Positions 22,073 to 32,382 of a stretch of 64,000 bases of DNA are shown one piece after another. Origin of the DNA: Flavobacteriaceae bacterium (GTDB lineage: Bacteria > Bacteroidota > Bacteroidia > Flavobacteriales > Flavobacteriaceae); contig OZ244911.1 of the NCBI GenBank assembly GCA_965221765.1, forward strand, positions 567,100 through 631,099. Reading direction: 5' to 3'. The position numbers were made by a program, and so were the translations under genes. Below the pieces are notes generated by a model that ran no database searches, was not told the DNA's origin, and worked only from the letters and a program-made list of their open reading frames with translations. The number at the start of each line of letters is the position of its first letter. Position 1 is the stretch's first letter.

Positions 22073-24849
22073 TGACCTCCGATTACCATAAAGCTATCAG
22101 TATATGCCTCACAATTTTGGAAGGTCCTTCAAGTAGCCCATCCTATGAAAAAATAAAAAGTACCGCTACAGATCCATTAATCCTAAAAAAATATCCAAAT
22201 GTTGATTCAAATGAACTTGTGGCCGAACTACAGAGTATTTTTAAAATTGAATACTTTGATTCAAAAGAATTAGTAAGACGAGATATTAAACCTTGGATTA
22301 GAGAAATGAAATCTTCGATTGAGTGGGAGTTATGGAATCGATATACAAAACATCTCAAAAATGAGAATCCAACTTTCCCAATCCACAAACTTGATGATTA
22401 TACCGATAGAATTTTAGATAAATGTATCAATCCCAAAGAGAAAGGCCCTTGGGATTCTAGAGGAATGGTTGTTGGAAATGTTCAATCCGGAAAAACCGCA
22501 AATTATATCGGTCTCATAAATAAAGCAACTGATGCGGGTTATAAAATGATTATCGTGATTGCAGGGGTTCAAAATACTCTTAGAGCTCAAACTCAACTTC
22601 GAATTGACCAAGGTTATATTGGAAGGGATAGTGCGGAGTATATAGAAAAACGCAGAAGAAAAGTCATTGGAGTCGGAAAATTTACAGCTAAAAAAGTTAT
22701 TTATTCCTACACTTCTTCCGTTTCAAATGGGGACTTCAATAAAAATATAGCAATGAGATTGAATGTCCCAATTCATGGTGAAAGCCCGACCGTCGTTGTC
22801 ATTAAGAAAAACAAATCCATTCTTGAAAATTTAATTCTTTGGCTTGAAGGATTTGTTCAAGCCAATGAGCATGTTGATCCGAAAATAGCAGACGTTCCTT
22901 TATTGGTCATCGACGATGAAGCTGACAATGCATCCGTTAATTCAGGGACACAGTTGGATGTGAAGACGATAAATCGCTTGATACGAACACTTTTGAATTT
23001 ATTTACCCAAAGTTGCTACATAGGTTATACTGCTACCCCCTATGCGAACTTATTTATCCCTTCAGATTGGAGTAATGATCTCAGAACAAATATCAATGGA
23101 AGTAACTTACTAGTTGGGGAAGATTTATTTCCTCGTGATTTCATCATTAACATTCCCGCTCCTTCAAACCATATTGGAGGCCCTCAATTGTTTGGATTGA
23201 GACATACGCATCTAGGTGAAGATTCTGAAGGATTAAATTTAATCCGTACGGTAAATGATAGTAGCCCACACTTTCCACAAAAAATTAATAAGGAGAATGA
23301 AAAAAACCTCCCCAATGAACTTCCATTATCACTTAAAGAAGCGATACAAACTTTTATTCTGACGTGTGCCATTAGACGTGTGAGAAATCAAAAAGAAAGT
23401 CACAATTCAATGCTTATCCATGTCTCACTTCGTGTTCAATGGATTGATAGAATATCTTTCTTAGTCAATGAAACGGTTCGAGATTATGTTCGACAGATCA
23501 AGTCAAAACAAGGTGGCCTTTTACGAAAAATGAAATGTTTATACGAACAAGATTTTATCAAAACCACTGAGTCTGTAATAGAAAACATGAGCTATGAGGA
23601 CAAAAGAATTAAAAAACATAACTGGGCTCAAGTACAGCAAGAATTATATCCTGCTGCATCCAAAATTGATGTGAGAGCCGTTCATGGAGAAAAGAGAATT
23701 AAAAATTTAGAATATGATGGGGTACAAGAAATCAATTATCGCGACTATGAAAAAGGGCTGTCTATCATTACAGTTGGTGGAAATAAACTCTCAAGGGGCA
23801 TCACTTTGGAGGGACTCTCGGTGAGTTATTTCTTGAGGACAAGTCGAATGTATGATTCCTTGATGCAAATGGGGAGATGGTTTGGGTATCGACCTGGATA
23901 TGTTGATTTATGTCGCCTTTATACTACCGATACTTTGGCAAATTGGTTTCGCCATATTACTCTAGCTACTGAGGAAATGAAAAACGATTTTGATGAAATG
24001 GCTTTAAACAATAAAAGTCCAAAAGATTTTCAACTTAAAGTGAAAAAACATCCAGGGATGCTAAGCATCACCTCCATTTCAAAGATGAGAGGGCATGAAA
24101 CTTTAAAAGTTGGTTTTTCGGGTAAAACAATTCAAACTCATGAATTTTTAAATTCTGCTAAAATGGTTGAAGCCAATTATGAGGTATTTAAAGATTTTAT
24201 TTCCAATTTAAATACCCCCGAAACAAAAAAAACAAAAAGTGGAGCAGTCAATGCATTGCTTTGGAGGGATGTAAGTGTGGACTTAATTCAAAAGTTTTTA
24301 AATAAATACCAATCACCATTAACCCTCAGAAAAAAACAACTAAGTGATTACATACAAAAACAAAACAAAAATGGCAATCTAAAATCCTGGCCAGTGGCGT
24401 TAATCTTAACTTCAAAAAAACAAGCAATGTTTAAAAAGAAAAATAAACTTTTCTCAACTCAAAAAGTTTTATTTGAATGGAATGGCGGTGAAGAAAATGG
24501 TGGAATTCCATATCGAAAATTGTGTAGAAGTAACGGCAAGTTATCTGTTAAAGGGAATAAAAACGCCATTTTAGGGCCTAATGACCGAAAGATTGATCTA
24601 TACGTTGATGCTAAAAAAGAAAGCCAAATGACCGAAATAAGAAAAAGATTAAAACAACCACTACTTGCCATTTTACCAATTGACTCTCGAATCAGCGAAA
24701 ACCTCAACTCGAAAATTCCAATCATCGGTTTTGGACTGATTTTTCCTCAACTAGAAGATGAAGAAGTTGTGGAATATGCGGCTAGGCCTTTTGAAGATTA
24801 CGATAACAACCTTCAAGAAGATGACGATAGAGCTGAATATGAAAATTAA
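22069..24849 (+). CDS. Z1-domain protein (SF2 helicase-like ATPase with a C-terminal Z1 domain)
   Basis: Walker A GNVQSGKTANY, Walker B/DEAD-like LLVIDDEADNAS, and a C-terminal Z1-type block GGNKLSRGITLEGLSVSYFLRTSRMYDSLMQMGRWFGYRPGY. The start (GTG 22069 or ATG 22072) overlaps the upstream stop codon. Confidence 0.8.
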   Translation: MMTSDYHKAISICLTILEGPSSSPSYEKIKSTATDPLILKKYPNVDSNELVAELQSIFKIEYFDSKELVRRDIKPWIREMKSSIEWELWNRYTKHLKNENPTFPIHKLDDYTDRILDKCINPKEKGPWDSRGMVVGNVQSGKTANYIGLINKATDAGYKMIIVIAGVQNTLRAQTQLRIDQGYIGRDSAEYIEKRRRKVIGVGKFTAKKVIYSYTSSVSNGDFNKNIAMRLNVPIHGESPTVVVIKKNKSILENLILWLEGFVQANEHVDPKIADVPLLVIDDEADNASVNSGTQLDVKTINRLIRTLLNLFTQSCYIGYTATPYANLFIPSDWSNDLRTNINGSNLLVGEDLFPRDFIINIPAPSNHIGGPQLFGLRHTHLGEDSEGLNLIRTVNDSSPHFPQKINKENEKNLPNELPLSLKEAIQTFILTCAIRRVRNQKESHNSMLIHVSLRVQWIDRISFLVNETVRDYVRQIKSKQGGLLRKMKCLYEQDFIKTTESVIENMSYEDKRIKKHNWAQVQQELYPAASKIDVRAVHGEKRIKNLEYDGVQEINYRDYEKGLSIITVGGNKLSRGITLEGLSVSYFLRTSRMYDSLMQMGRWFGYRPGYVDLCRLYTTDTLANWFRHITLATEEMKNDFDEMALNNKSPKDFQLKVKKHPGMLSITSISKMRGHETLKVGFSGKTIQTHEFLNSAKMVEANYEVFKDFISNLNTPETKKTKSGAVNALLWRDVSVDLIQKFLNKYQSPLTLRKKQLSDYIQKQNKNGNLKSWPVALILTSKKQAMFKKKNKLFSTQKVLFEWNGGEENGGIPYRKLCRSNGKLSVKGNKNAILGPNDRKIDLYVDAKKESQMTEIRKRLKQPLLAILPIDSRISENLNSKIPIIGFGLIFPQLEDEEVVEYAARPFEDYDNNLQEDDDRAEYEN

Positions 24850-25852
24850 TCTCAATGACATTTGGTCTCGACTAGAATCTCAGACCGATAAAAATGTGCC
24901 AAAACAGCATGTAAAATCAGTTGGACAAATGCAATGTTTTATCGGTTTTGTTGGTCATACCAATAGTAAACTGTTTCAATGTGACATTCCGAAAGAAGTT
25001 CAAAGTGAAGCCGACAATCAGAGAAAATTTAGAGGAGTGGATATGTACACCATATCCAAACATGATTCTAAGCAAAGAAGTTTTATTATTCTTTTAGCTG
25101 AAGAAGCTCTAGAAGGAGTTTTTACACTTTTTATCGAAGATTTACTCAAAAGACTTGATTCAGTTGGAGATGATGAAAGTAAGGGATTTGTTGCTATAAA
25201 TAAGAGAATCGACTATTGGCAACGGTTATTTGAAAAAGTGCCTAATGGACTACTGTCTAGAGAAAAGCAAAGAGGTCTTTATGGAGAGTTATATGTCTTA
25301 AAAACATTGCTCAATGAAGGAAAAAATCCTGAAAAAGCAATCAAAAGCTGGGTTGGGGCTGAAGGATTAAGACAAGATTTTTTATTTGAAAATAACGCTT
25401 TAGAAATTAAGACTCAATTGATAGCTAGCACATCAATATCCATATCCAATGAATTTCAACTCGACTACACCGTGTTAGAAAATCTCTATTTGTCTGTTAT
25501 CCTTCTCAATGAGTCCAAGGGAAATGAAAATACGATTTATCAAATCATCTATGAAATTCAAGAACTATTAGTGCATGATTTTGAGTTGATGGATGAGTTT
25601 AAACAAAAACTTGCGTTTTTGGGAATTACAGAAAAAACAGCGTTTAATCATTATAATCAAACAAATTTCTCAGTAAAACAAACAACTTACTATAAAATCG
25701 ATGATGGATTTCCTTTGCTTATTAATCCCCTCATTAACAATGATGCAATCTATAGTGTAAGATACAAAATACATAATAGTAGCTGTGCTCAATTCAAAAT
25801 AGATAAAGACCTAGCATTGGCATTTCTTGATAATTATAAATCAGTACAATGA
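24839..25852 (+). CDS. PD-(D/E)XK-motif protein (DUF4420-like predicted nuclease)
   Basis: GLYGELYVLK ... RQDFLFENNALEIKTQ matches an E ... D ... ExK restriction-endonuclease-fold core. The preferred start is MKINLND at 24839, an 11-nt overlap with the Z1 gene. The track ORF starts at 24758 and would overlap by 92 nt. Confidence 0.6.
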   Translation: MKINLNDIWSRLESQTDKNVPKQHVKSVGQMQCFIGFVGHTNSKLFQCDIPKEVQSEADNQRKFRGVDMYTISKHDSKQRSFIILLAEEALEGVFTLFIEDLLKRLDSVGDDESKGFVAINKRIDYWQRLFEKVPNGLLSREKQRGLYGELYVLKTLLNEGKNPEKAIKSWVGAEGLRQDFLFENNALEIKTQLIASTSISISNEFQLDYTVLENLYLSVILLNESKGNENTIYQIIYEIQELLVHDFELMDEFKQKLAFLGITEKTAFNHYNQTNFSVKQTTYYKIDDGFPLLINPLINNDAIYSVRYKIHNSSCAQFKIDKDLALAFLDNYKSVQ

Positions 25853-28266
25853 AGCATATCGATTTCGAACTCGCTAAGTTTCAAAAAGAAATACACCACG
25901 AAGTGAATTCACGGGCTTCTTCTGCCGAAGAGGGAGCGACTAAAGAAGGGGTTTTTTCAGAATATATTTTGGAATTTCTGAGTGAAGCTGAGGAAACGAG
26001 TGCAACGAGAATTTGTTACTACGAAAGAGAAAATAGATGGGAAAACATAGAATGTAAAATCAACGGATATGCTGTTGAAGAGGGCTTTGATGGGAAGGCT
26101 TACGATGGTGTGGGGTACGAAACCATAGATTTATTTATTACTTATTACAAGGAAAGTTTAGAGCCTTTTCATTTACTTAAACCTGAATTTGAAAACTTGA
26201 TTAAATGGCCTTCTTGTTTTCTTGGAGATTCCTTAAGAGGACATTTGACCGATGAAATAGAAGAATCAAATGAAGCTTATGGACTATCCAAATTAATTCG
26301 AGATTCTCGTAAAGAACTCTCACGCGCAAATATCTTTATCCTTTCTAATGGAATTATTAGACATGATCCGCCAACAAATTTCGCAATTAAGGGATTTGAA
26401 GATTTAAATATCATTTTTCACGTTTGGGATATTGAGCGTTTGCTACGACTTTCGCAATCAAAATACAACCGAGAGCCTATAGAAATAGATTTTTTAAAGG
26501 ATATGCAAGTGAAGATTCCTTGTCTCCAAATGCCTTTAAAAAATGATTTATATGAATGTTATTTGGCAATTATGACAGGCAGTGTTTTGTCTAATCTATA
26601 TCACAATTACGGATCAAGATTGCTTGAAAGCAATGTAAGAGCTTTTTTACAACAAAGAGGAAAAATCAATCGAGGAATACGAGACACCATTTTACGCGAG
26701 CCAGAAATGTTTTTAACTTATAATAATGGTTTAGCAACTAGTGCTCAAGAGGTTAAAACAGAAAAAGGGGATAATGGTCAACTATACATCACTAGAATAA
26801 AAGATTTTCAAATAGTCAACGGCGGGCAAACGACAGCTTCTCTTTTTTATACCTATAAGAATTACAAGGATAAGGCCGACTTATCTAAAGTGCTTGTGCA
26901 ATTAAAACTCACGGTCATTAAAGATGAAGAGAAGAAAAATGAGATGGTCCCCAAAATAGCAAGATACGCCAATAGTCAAAATAAAGTTTCTGAACTAGAC
27001 CTCTCTTCAAACAATCCGTTTCTTCAGCGGCTTGAGGAGTTGTCTAAGACTACATATGCTCAAAATACTGATGATCCAAACAAACTGACCCTTTGGTTTT
27101 TTGAAAGAGTTCGAGGCCAATATCAAGAAGAGCTCAATAAGCGCCCCACAAGAAGTACTGAAAATGCTTTTAAAATGAAATTTCCTAGACATCAAATCAT
27201 CATTAAATCCGAGGTTGCCAAGTTTATGAATATTTGGAAACTTTATCCCTATGAAGTTTCGAGAGGGAGTCAAAAAAATTACATAACATTCATGAAAGGA
27301 GTTGAAAAGGAATTTTCAAGCAGAAAAAAACCTGGACGTGTTTATTGGGAAGATTTAGTTGCCAACGCGATTATATTCAAAACAGCAGATAAATTATTTG
27401 GAAGGAAAAATAAAAATCCAATTGGAGATACATTAATCAAGTCATATACTGTTACGTATACGTTGTCTTTTTTACATCATCTAACAAATAATTTGATAGA
27501 TCTTGAATTGATATGGAAAAAACAAACTCTTGAAGAAGATTTTCAAGAAGAGATTAAAAAAGGATTGAAATACGTATATGACTTCTTTGAGTCATTGAAT
27601 GCGCCATTAGTTTCTGAAGCTGCAAAAAGGAAGGAGACATGGAATAAACTAATCAAAATAATCGATGGTCATGGTCATCCATTTGATATGCGCGTGCTTA
27701 GTAAATATTTTACTACCAAAGAAAAGAAAATACAAAGAAATGATTTAGATAAAAACCATTCAGTCAAGCCCAAGAGTTTTGATAACTTAGAAACAATTTA
27801 CTCCCTAGGAACTAAATTTTGGGATGGCTTAGGCACTTTTAATGTTCGTGAGAAATATTTATCAGATTTCAAAGAAAACATAGTGAAAAGTATTTCTGAA
27901 AAATATAATTCCCGAAAGAGTTTGACGCCGACTGAAATAAGACATGGGATAAATATTATCAACACATTAAATAAAAAAAACATAGATTTTGAAAGTATTA
28001 GAGATTTAAGCAAAATTGAAAATGACCAAGTAATTGATCTTTCTAAGATTTACTATAAGTTGTTTTTAATCTCTGATGCCGAATGGGAAGATAAAATAGA
28101 ACTTGGAATGCAAACACAAAAACTAAATGATAATGAAATCAGCACCATGAAGGCCGTTCAATTGAAATTAAAGAGAGAAGGTTCTAAAGAAGTAGTCATT
28201 GACTTTGAACGATTGCAGATTGTATATGATTCCCTGCAAAAATTAGAAAGATATAGAAAAGTATAG
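25849..28266 (+). CDS. AIPR (abortive-infection phage-resistance-like) family protein
   Basis: Central block NVRAFLQQRGKINRGIRDTILREPEMFLTYNNGLATSA ... QIVNGGQTTASL is typical of AIPR proteins as I remember them. 805 aa. ATGA overlap with the upstream gene. Confidence 0.7.
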   Translation: MKHIDFELAKFQKEIHHEVNSRASSAEEGATKEGVFSEYILEFLSEAEETSATRICYYERENRWENIECKINGYAVEEGFDGKAYDGVGYETIDLFITYYKESLEPFHLLKPEFENLIKWPSCFLGDSLRGHLTDEIEESNEAYGLSKLIRDSRKELSRANIFILSNGIIRHDPPTNFAIKGFEDLNIIFHVWDIERLLRLSQSKYNREPIEIDFLKDMQVKIPCLQMPLKNDLYECYLAIMTGSVLSNLYHNYGSRLLESNVRAFLQQRGKINRGIRDTILREPEMFLTYNNGLATSAQEVKTEKGDNGQLYITRIKDFQIVNGGQTTASLFYTYKNYKDKADLSKVLVQLKLTVIKDEEKKNEMVPKIARYANSQNKVSELDLSSNNPFLQRLEELSKTTYAQNTDDPNKLTLWFFERVRGQYQEELNKRPTRSTENAFKMKFPRHQIIIKSEVAKFMNIWKLYPYEVSRGSQKNYITFMKGVEKEFSSRKKPGRVYWEDLVANAIIFKTADKLFGRKNKNPIGDTLIKSYTVTYTLSFLHHLTNNLIDLELIWKKQTLEEDFQEEIKKGLKYVYDFFESLNAPLVSEAAKRKETWNKLIKIIDGHGHPFDMRVLSKYFTTKEKKIQRNDLDKNHSVKPKSFDNLETIYSLGTKFWDGLGTFNVREKYLSDFKENIVKSISEKYNSRKSLTPTEIRHGINIINTLNKKNIDFESIRDLSKIENDQVIDLSKIYYKLFLISDAEWEDKIELGMQTQKLNDNEISTMKAVQLKLKREGSKEVVIDFERLQIVYDSLQKLERYRKV

Positions 28267-28323
28267 TTGGTCTTTGGTTTAGGCTTCTTTGTATAAGGGG
28301 GGGGGTAAAAGAAACATAACGAG

Positions 28324-31300
28324 TTATAAATCTTCAATGTCAATATCAAATAGCTTTAGGGTTTGATGGAAACGTTCTGATATTTGACTTTGGAAATCAG
28401 TAGTATCATTAGCCTCGATCATATCAACTATATTATTATACTGCGCAAGAATATCCGTTAGTTGATTGAGGTATAACTCAAAACTTTCGTCAGGAATACG
28501 CGTATAGACTTCGGCTCTAGAAGCATATTGTTGTGTAATTTTAAGTGCCGTTTCTTGAGCTTTTTGGATGGCCCCACTTTGGTAATAGGCATCTACAAAT
28601 TCGGACATAGGCGTATAGAATTCATATTCTCCATAGAGGTCCGTAAATGGGGTAGTGCTTTGAATAAATTGATCTATATATACTTCGTATTTCTCAATAT
28701 CTGCATTCTCAAAAATTGTTCTCAAAGCGGTTCGATATCTTTCGATTTCAGTTAAAATTTCTGAAAGAATCATATTCTGTCGATTAAACGATAACGAACT
28801 GAAATAAGCCAATCGATCCATATATTTTTCAGAAACTGTTTCAAATAAATCTCTAGCCCTTTGGGGGTTATCAATTTTATAAAAGGTGTCAATAAAGGGA
28901 TGTAACAAGGAATAATAGCCAAAAAAATCAATAGGCATTTTTTCTAATGCCAATTGAATCACCTCTTGGGCCTTATCAAATTTTTCTTCTTTTACCAACT
29001 GATTAGCAAGACGTGCAATATGACTTCTATAAGTGATGCTATTCTTACGCGTTTCAGGATCATGATAAATATTGGGGTCTTCTGAATTTCCCCATTGCCA
29101 TTGCGTGACAATGGAATACATTTTTTCTGAATCGATTTTCCCCATTAAATAGGGATTGGATGGATCTAATGGTGTTTTAATAGGAACTAATTTATACACC
29201 ATTCCTTCTAATTCAAGATACTCTTTCATCCAAATGTACTCAGAAGCTTCAAAACTTCCTCCGGTAAAATAAATAGGTCTTTTCCAATCATTATTAGCCA
29301 AAATATCCAACATCATGACTTGATTTTTAGTTAATCCTGAAGTTGGTAGATCAATATCGATATGTGAAACAATTTTAGATTCATTTTCAGGCCTAACAAT
29401 TCCATATTTTAAAACATTTTCTTTATTGATAGGAACCCGTATTTTATTGGTTGGATAGTAAATCATTTCTTGCTGACTCAATGGTAGGTATGAAAAATCG
29501 GACTCCATTTCCTCTAATATATGACGGTATCTAGTTTTAGGATGATCACTTGATATCCAATTGACAAAGTCTTTGATATCCCAACGGATGGTATCATTAA
29601 CCGGATGAAATCGAACATATTCTCGAGTTCCATAGGCATATTGTTTATGGTTCAATTGAGAAGGGATTGGGTTGCTTTCATAAGTTTTCCTTTTCATTTG
29701 ATCTATATACCAATAGGTAGCTAGTAATGACGTATTGATGGTTCGAACATCGGTTCGGATGCCTTCAATTTCTTGAGCATACCAAAGTGAAAAAGTATCA
29801 TTATCACCAATAGTAAATATCATGGTTCCCGCATCTTCTTGAAGTGATTTTAAATAGGTTTTAGACATCGACTGGGCCGTATAACGATTGGATCGATCAT
29901 GATCATCCCAATTTTCAGCAAACATCAACAAAGGCACACACAGTAGCGCCACCAAGACCATCAAAGGTCGCATCAAATGTGGTTTGAAACGTTGCCAAAG
30001 CTTGGTCAAGTAGTAAGTCCCTAGGCTAATACCAATGGAAAATACATAAAACGATCCCACCAAGGCATAATCACGTTCTCGAGGTTCAAAAGGACGTTCA
30101 TTTAAATAAACCTTGAGCGCCAAGCCTGTAAATAAAAATAAAATCAAGAGCTTCCAAAAGGTTTTTTTATCTTGATTATAGAGAAAAATAAAGCCTAAAA
30201 CCCCAAACAGAAGCGGTAAAAAATAATACGTATTGCGTGCTTTGTTGTTTAAGGTATCTTGATCTAGAGCCGACTGATTTCCTAGTCTTACTTTATCTAT
30301 AAATGGAATTCCACTAATCCAATTCCCATTCAAAATAGAATAGTCTCCTTGTATATCGTTTTGACGTCCTGTAAAATTCCACATAAAATAACGCCAATAC
30401 ATATATCCCATTTGAAAATTGAGCAGAAAGGCGAGATTATCAATCAGTGTGGGTTTTGATATCTCCAAATACCTTCCGTAAGATCTGAAAAACTCATCAT
30501 AATCTTCTCCTGTCAATAATCCTTGTTGCCCTCGAAGCTGAAAGTCACTAATAATATTTCGTAATTGTTGACTAGCTCCATATTCGGGTAATATTGAAAA
30601 ATCTAGTGGGCCAATAAAGTTCATATAGTTGGCCGCGTTCTGTGTGCTCCAAAGTCTTGGAAGCAGTCCTTTGTGGTCTGAATGGCTATTGATTCGAGCC
30701 CCTTGCCAATTATTGACCACCACATACTTCCTATTTTCGTTATCTTTTTCATACTTGGGTTTATCATCTCGAAATGGTTTAATCGGATCTTGACCCGCGT
30801 ACATATCCGAGAACATAGGGCCATAAAATAGATACGTATCTGGATACTGTTCCATTCGATAGTAGGCTAAAAGAGTTCTTGCATCAGAAGGGTCATTTTG
30901 GTTGATCACCGTATTGGCATTGGCTCTAATTGGAAGCATCATCCATGAAGAAAACCCAATGAATAGAAATAAAACACACAAAAAGGCTGTATTCAAATGC
31001 ACCCAATTTCTTTTTGCTGTCAAACGAAGAGATAACACAAAAATCAATACAATCAGTAGGCCGGCAAAAATGGTTCCACTATTAAAAGGGAGCCCCAAAG
31101 TATTGACAAAAAACACTTCAGTTTCTCCAAAAAAAGCTAATGTATTGGGTAGTAATAATTTGAATATGAATAATAAGATGGCAATGGATATTACATTGGC
31201 TAGTAAAAATCCTTTGACCGTGGTTCTCGAAAAATTTCTAAAATAATAGACCATTCCTATGGTGGGAATTGCTAATAGAGCCATAAAATGGACCCCAAAT

Positions 31301-31863
31301 GAAAAACCAATCACAAGCGACATCAATACCAACCATTGATGCCCTTTTGGCTTGAACATATCTTTCTCCCAACGCAATGCTAACCAAAACAAGATGGCTA
31401 GAAAACACATGGCCATGGCATACACTTCTGCTTCAACAGCATTAAACCAAAAACTATCCGAAAAACAAAATGCTAAGGATCCGACAGTAGCACTCCCCCA
31501 AAAAGAGATTTTTGACGCTATACTTTTTAAAGACGTAAAAGCAGATAATTTTCTAAGCAGAATGGTAGTTGTCCAAAACATAAAAAGTATAGTAAAAGCA
31601 CTTGAAATGACCGACATAAAGTTGACCATGAGAGCAACTTTTTCTGGACTTGAAGCAAAGGTTGCAAAAAAAGCACCTACCATCTGAAAAAATGGAGCCC
31701 CTGGAGGATGTCCTACTTGGAGTTTTGCTGAAGTAGAAATATATTCACTAGCATCCCAAAAACTTGAAGTGGGTTCAACAGTAGAACCAAATGTAATTAG
31801 AGCAATAATGAAAATACACCAACCCCAGATATTATTCCAACGTTTGTAACTATTTTCATCCAT
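28324..31863 (-). CDS. DUF2723-domain polytopic membrane protein (PMT/GT-C-like glycosyltransferase fold) with a large C-terminal domain
   Basis: N-terminal SFWDASEYISTSAKLQVGHPPGAPFFQMVGAFF signature, many TM helices, and a TPR-like helical tail. 1179 aa. Confidence 0.75.
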   Translation of the reverse strand: MDENSYKRWNNIWGWCIFIIALITFGSTVEPTSSFWDASEYISTSAKLQVGHPPGAPFFQMVGAFFATFASSPEKVALMVNFMSVISSAFTILFMFWTTTILLRKLSAFTSLKSIASKISFWGSATVGSLAFCFSDSFWFNAVEAEVYAMAMCFLAILFWLALRWEKDMFKPKGHQWLVLMSLVIGFSFGVHFMALLAIPTIGMVYYFRNFSRTTVKGFLLANVISIAILLFIFKLLLPNTLAFFGETEVFFVNTLGLPFNSGTIFAGLLIVLIFVLSLRLTAKRNWVHLNTAFLCVLFLFIGFSSWMMLPIRANANTVINQNDPSDARTLLAYYRMEQYPDTYLFYGPMFSDMYAGQDPIKPFRDDKPKYEKDNENRKYVVVNNWQGARINSHSDHKGLLPRLWSTQNAANYMNFIGPLDFSILPEYGASQQLRNIISDFQLRGQQGLLTGEDYDEFFRSYGRYLEISKPTLIDNLAFLLNFQMGYMYWRYFMWNFTGRQNDIQGDYSILNGNWISGIPFIDKVRLGNQSALDQDTLNNKARNTYYFLPLLFGVLGFIFLYNQDKKTFWKLLILFLFTGLALKVYLNERPFEPRERDYALVGSFYVFSIGISLGTYYLTKLWQRFKPHLMRPLMVLVALLCVPLLMFAENWDDHDRSNRYTAQSMSKTYLKSLQEDAGTMIFTIGDNDTFSLWYAQEIEGIRTDVRTINTSLLATYWYIDQMKRKTYESNPIPSQLNHKQYAYGTREYVRFHPVNDTIRWDIKDFVNWISSDHPKTRYRHILEEMESDFSYLPLSQQEMIYYPTNKIRVPINKENVLKYGIVRPENESKIVSHIDIDLPTSGLTKNQVMMLDILANNDWKRPIYFTGGSFEASEYIWMKEYLELEGMVYKLVPIKTPLDPSNPYLMGKIDSEKMYSIVTQWQWGNSEDPNIYHDPETRKNSITYRSHIARLANQLVKEEKFDKAQEVIQLALEKMPIDFFGYYSLLHPFIDTFYKIDNPQRARDLFETVSEKYMDRLAYFSSLSFNRQNMILSEILTEIERYRTALRTIFENADIEKYEVYIDQFIQSTTPFTDLYGEYEFYTPMSEFVDAYYQSGAIQKAQETALKITQQYASRAEVYTRIPDESFELYLNQLTDILAQYNNIVDMIEANDTTDFQSQISERFHQTLKLFDIDIEDL

Positions 31864-32382
31864 GCATTATTATTAAAAAGATGGGGGACTAAAATAAGCA
31901 TTATACGAGCCTTTATTTGAGAATCATAAGCTAACTACAAATTAGCACTATATTGATTTAACCTTGTCTTTGCAGTCAACAATAACCTACGATTGCCTAT
32001 CCTATTTTAATCCTTATGCAGTAAAAGCAGATTGAGGTTTGCATATCAAAATCCATGTCACCTTGTTATTGATTTATCGAGAAGTTTTGAAATATTAAAA
32101 AATCTGAATTTTTGAGGGATATCCCCTTAGCATTAGGCAAAAAACTCAATCCAATTAACACAACATTTCCGATTTTGATGTTTTCAACTTCATTTTGAGT
32201 TGTTTTAGACTCGATGAGGGCTTTTGGGGACTTATTTTTCTTGAACCCCATTTTTAGTGAAGTAGAAAACAAGGGCTTATAGAATCGAGTCATACTTTCT
32301 ATAAACCTCAAAAATTTAAAGTACCTTTACGTGTTATCTTTTGACTAAGCAGTGCTAACAAAATTTTAATTTCCAAAATCAA

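Noticed and set aside
24758-24838. Upstream start (24758) for the PD-(D/E)XK gene given by the ORF track
   Set aside because: It would overlap the Z1 gene by 92 nt. The ATG at 24839 (MKINLND) gives an 11-nt overlap, consistent with the other coupled junctions in the operon.
30902-31687. ORFs 30902..31246 and 31352..31687 on the plus strand, and many other 60-128 aa ORFs nested in long genes (for example 2318..2704, 13018..13224, 22143..22388, 27007..27273, 49104..49466, 55108..57567)
   Set aside because: Each is fully contained in, and antisense or out of frame to, a long ORF with clear family motifs.
32066-32311. 81-aa minus-strand ORF between the DUF2723 gene and the KSDIKEL gene
   Set aside because: No signal peptide, TM helix or family motif that I can recognise. 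It might be real, but there is nothing to support a call.
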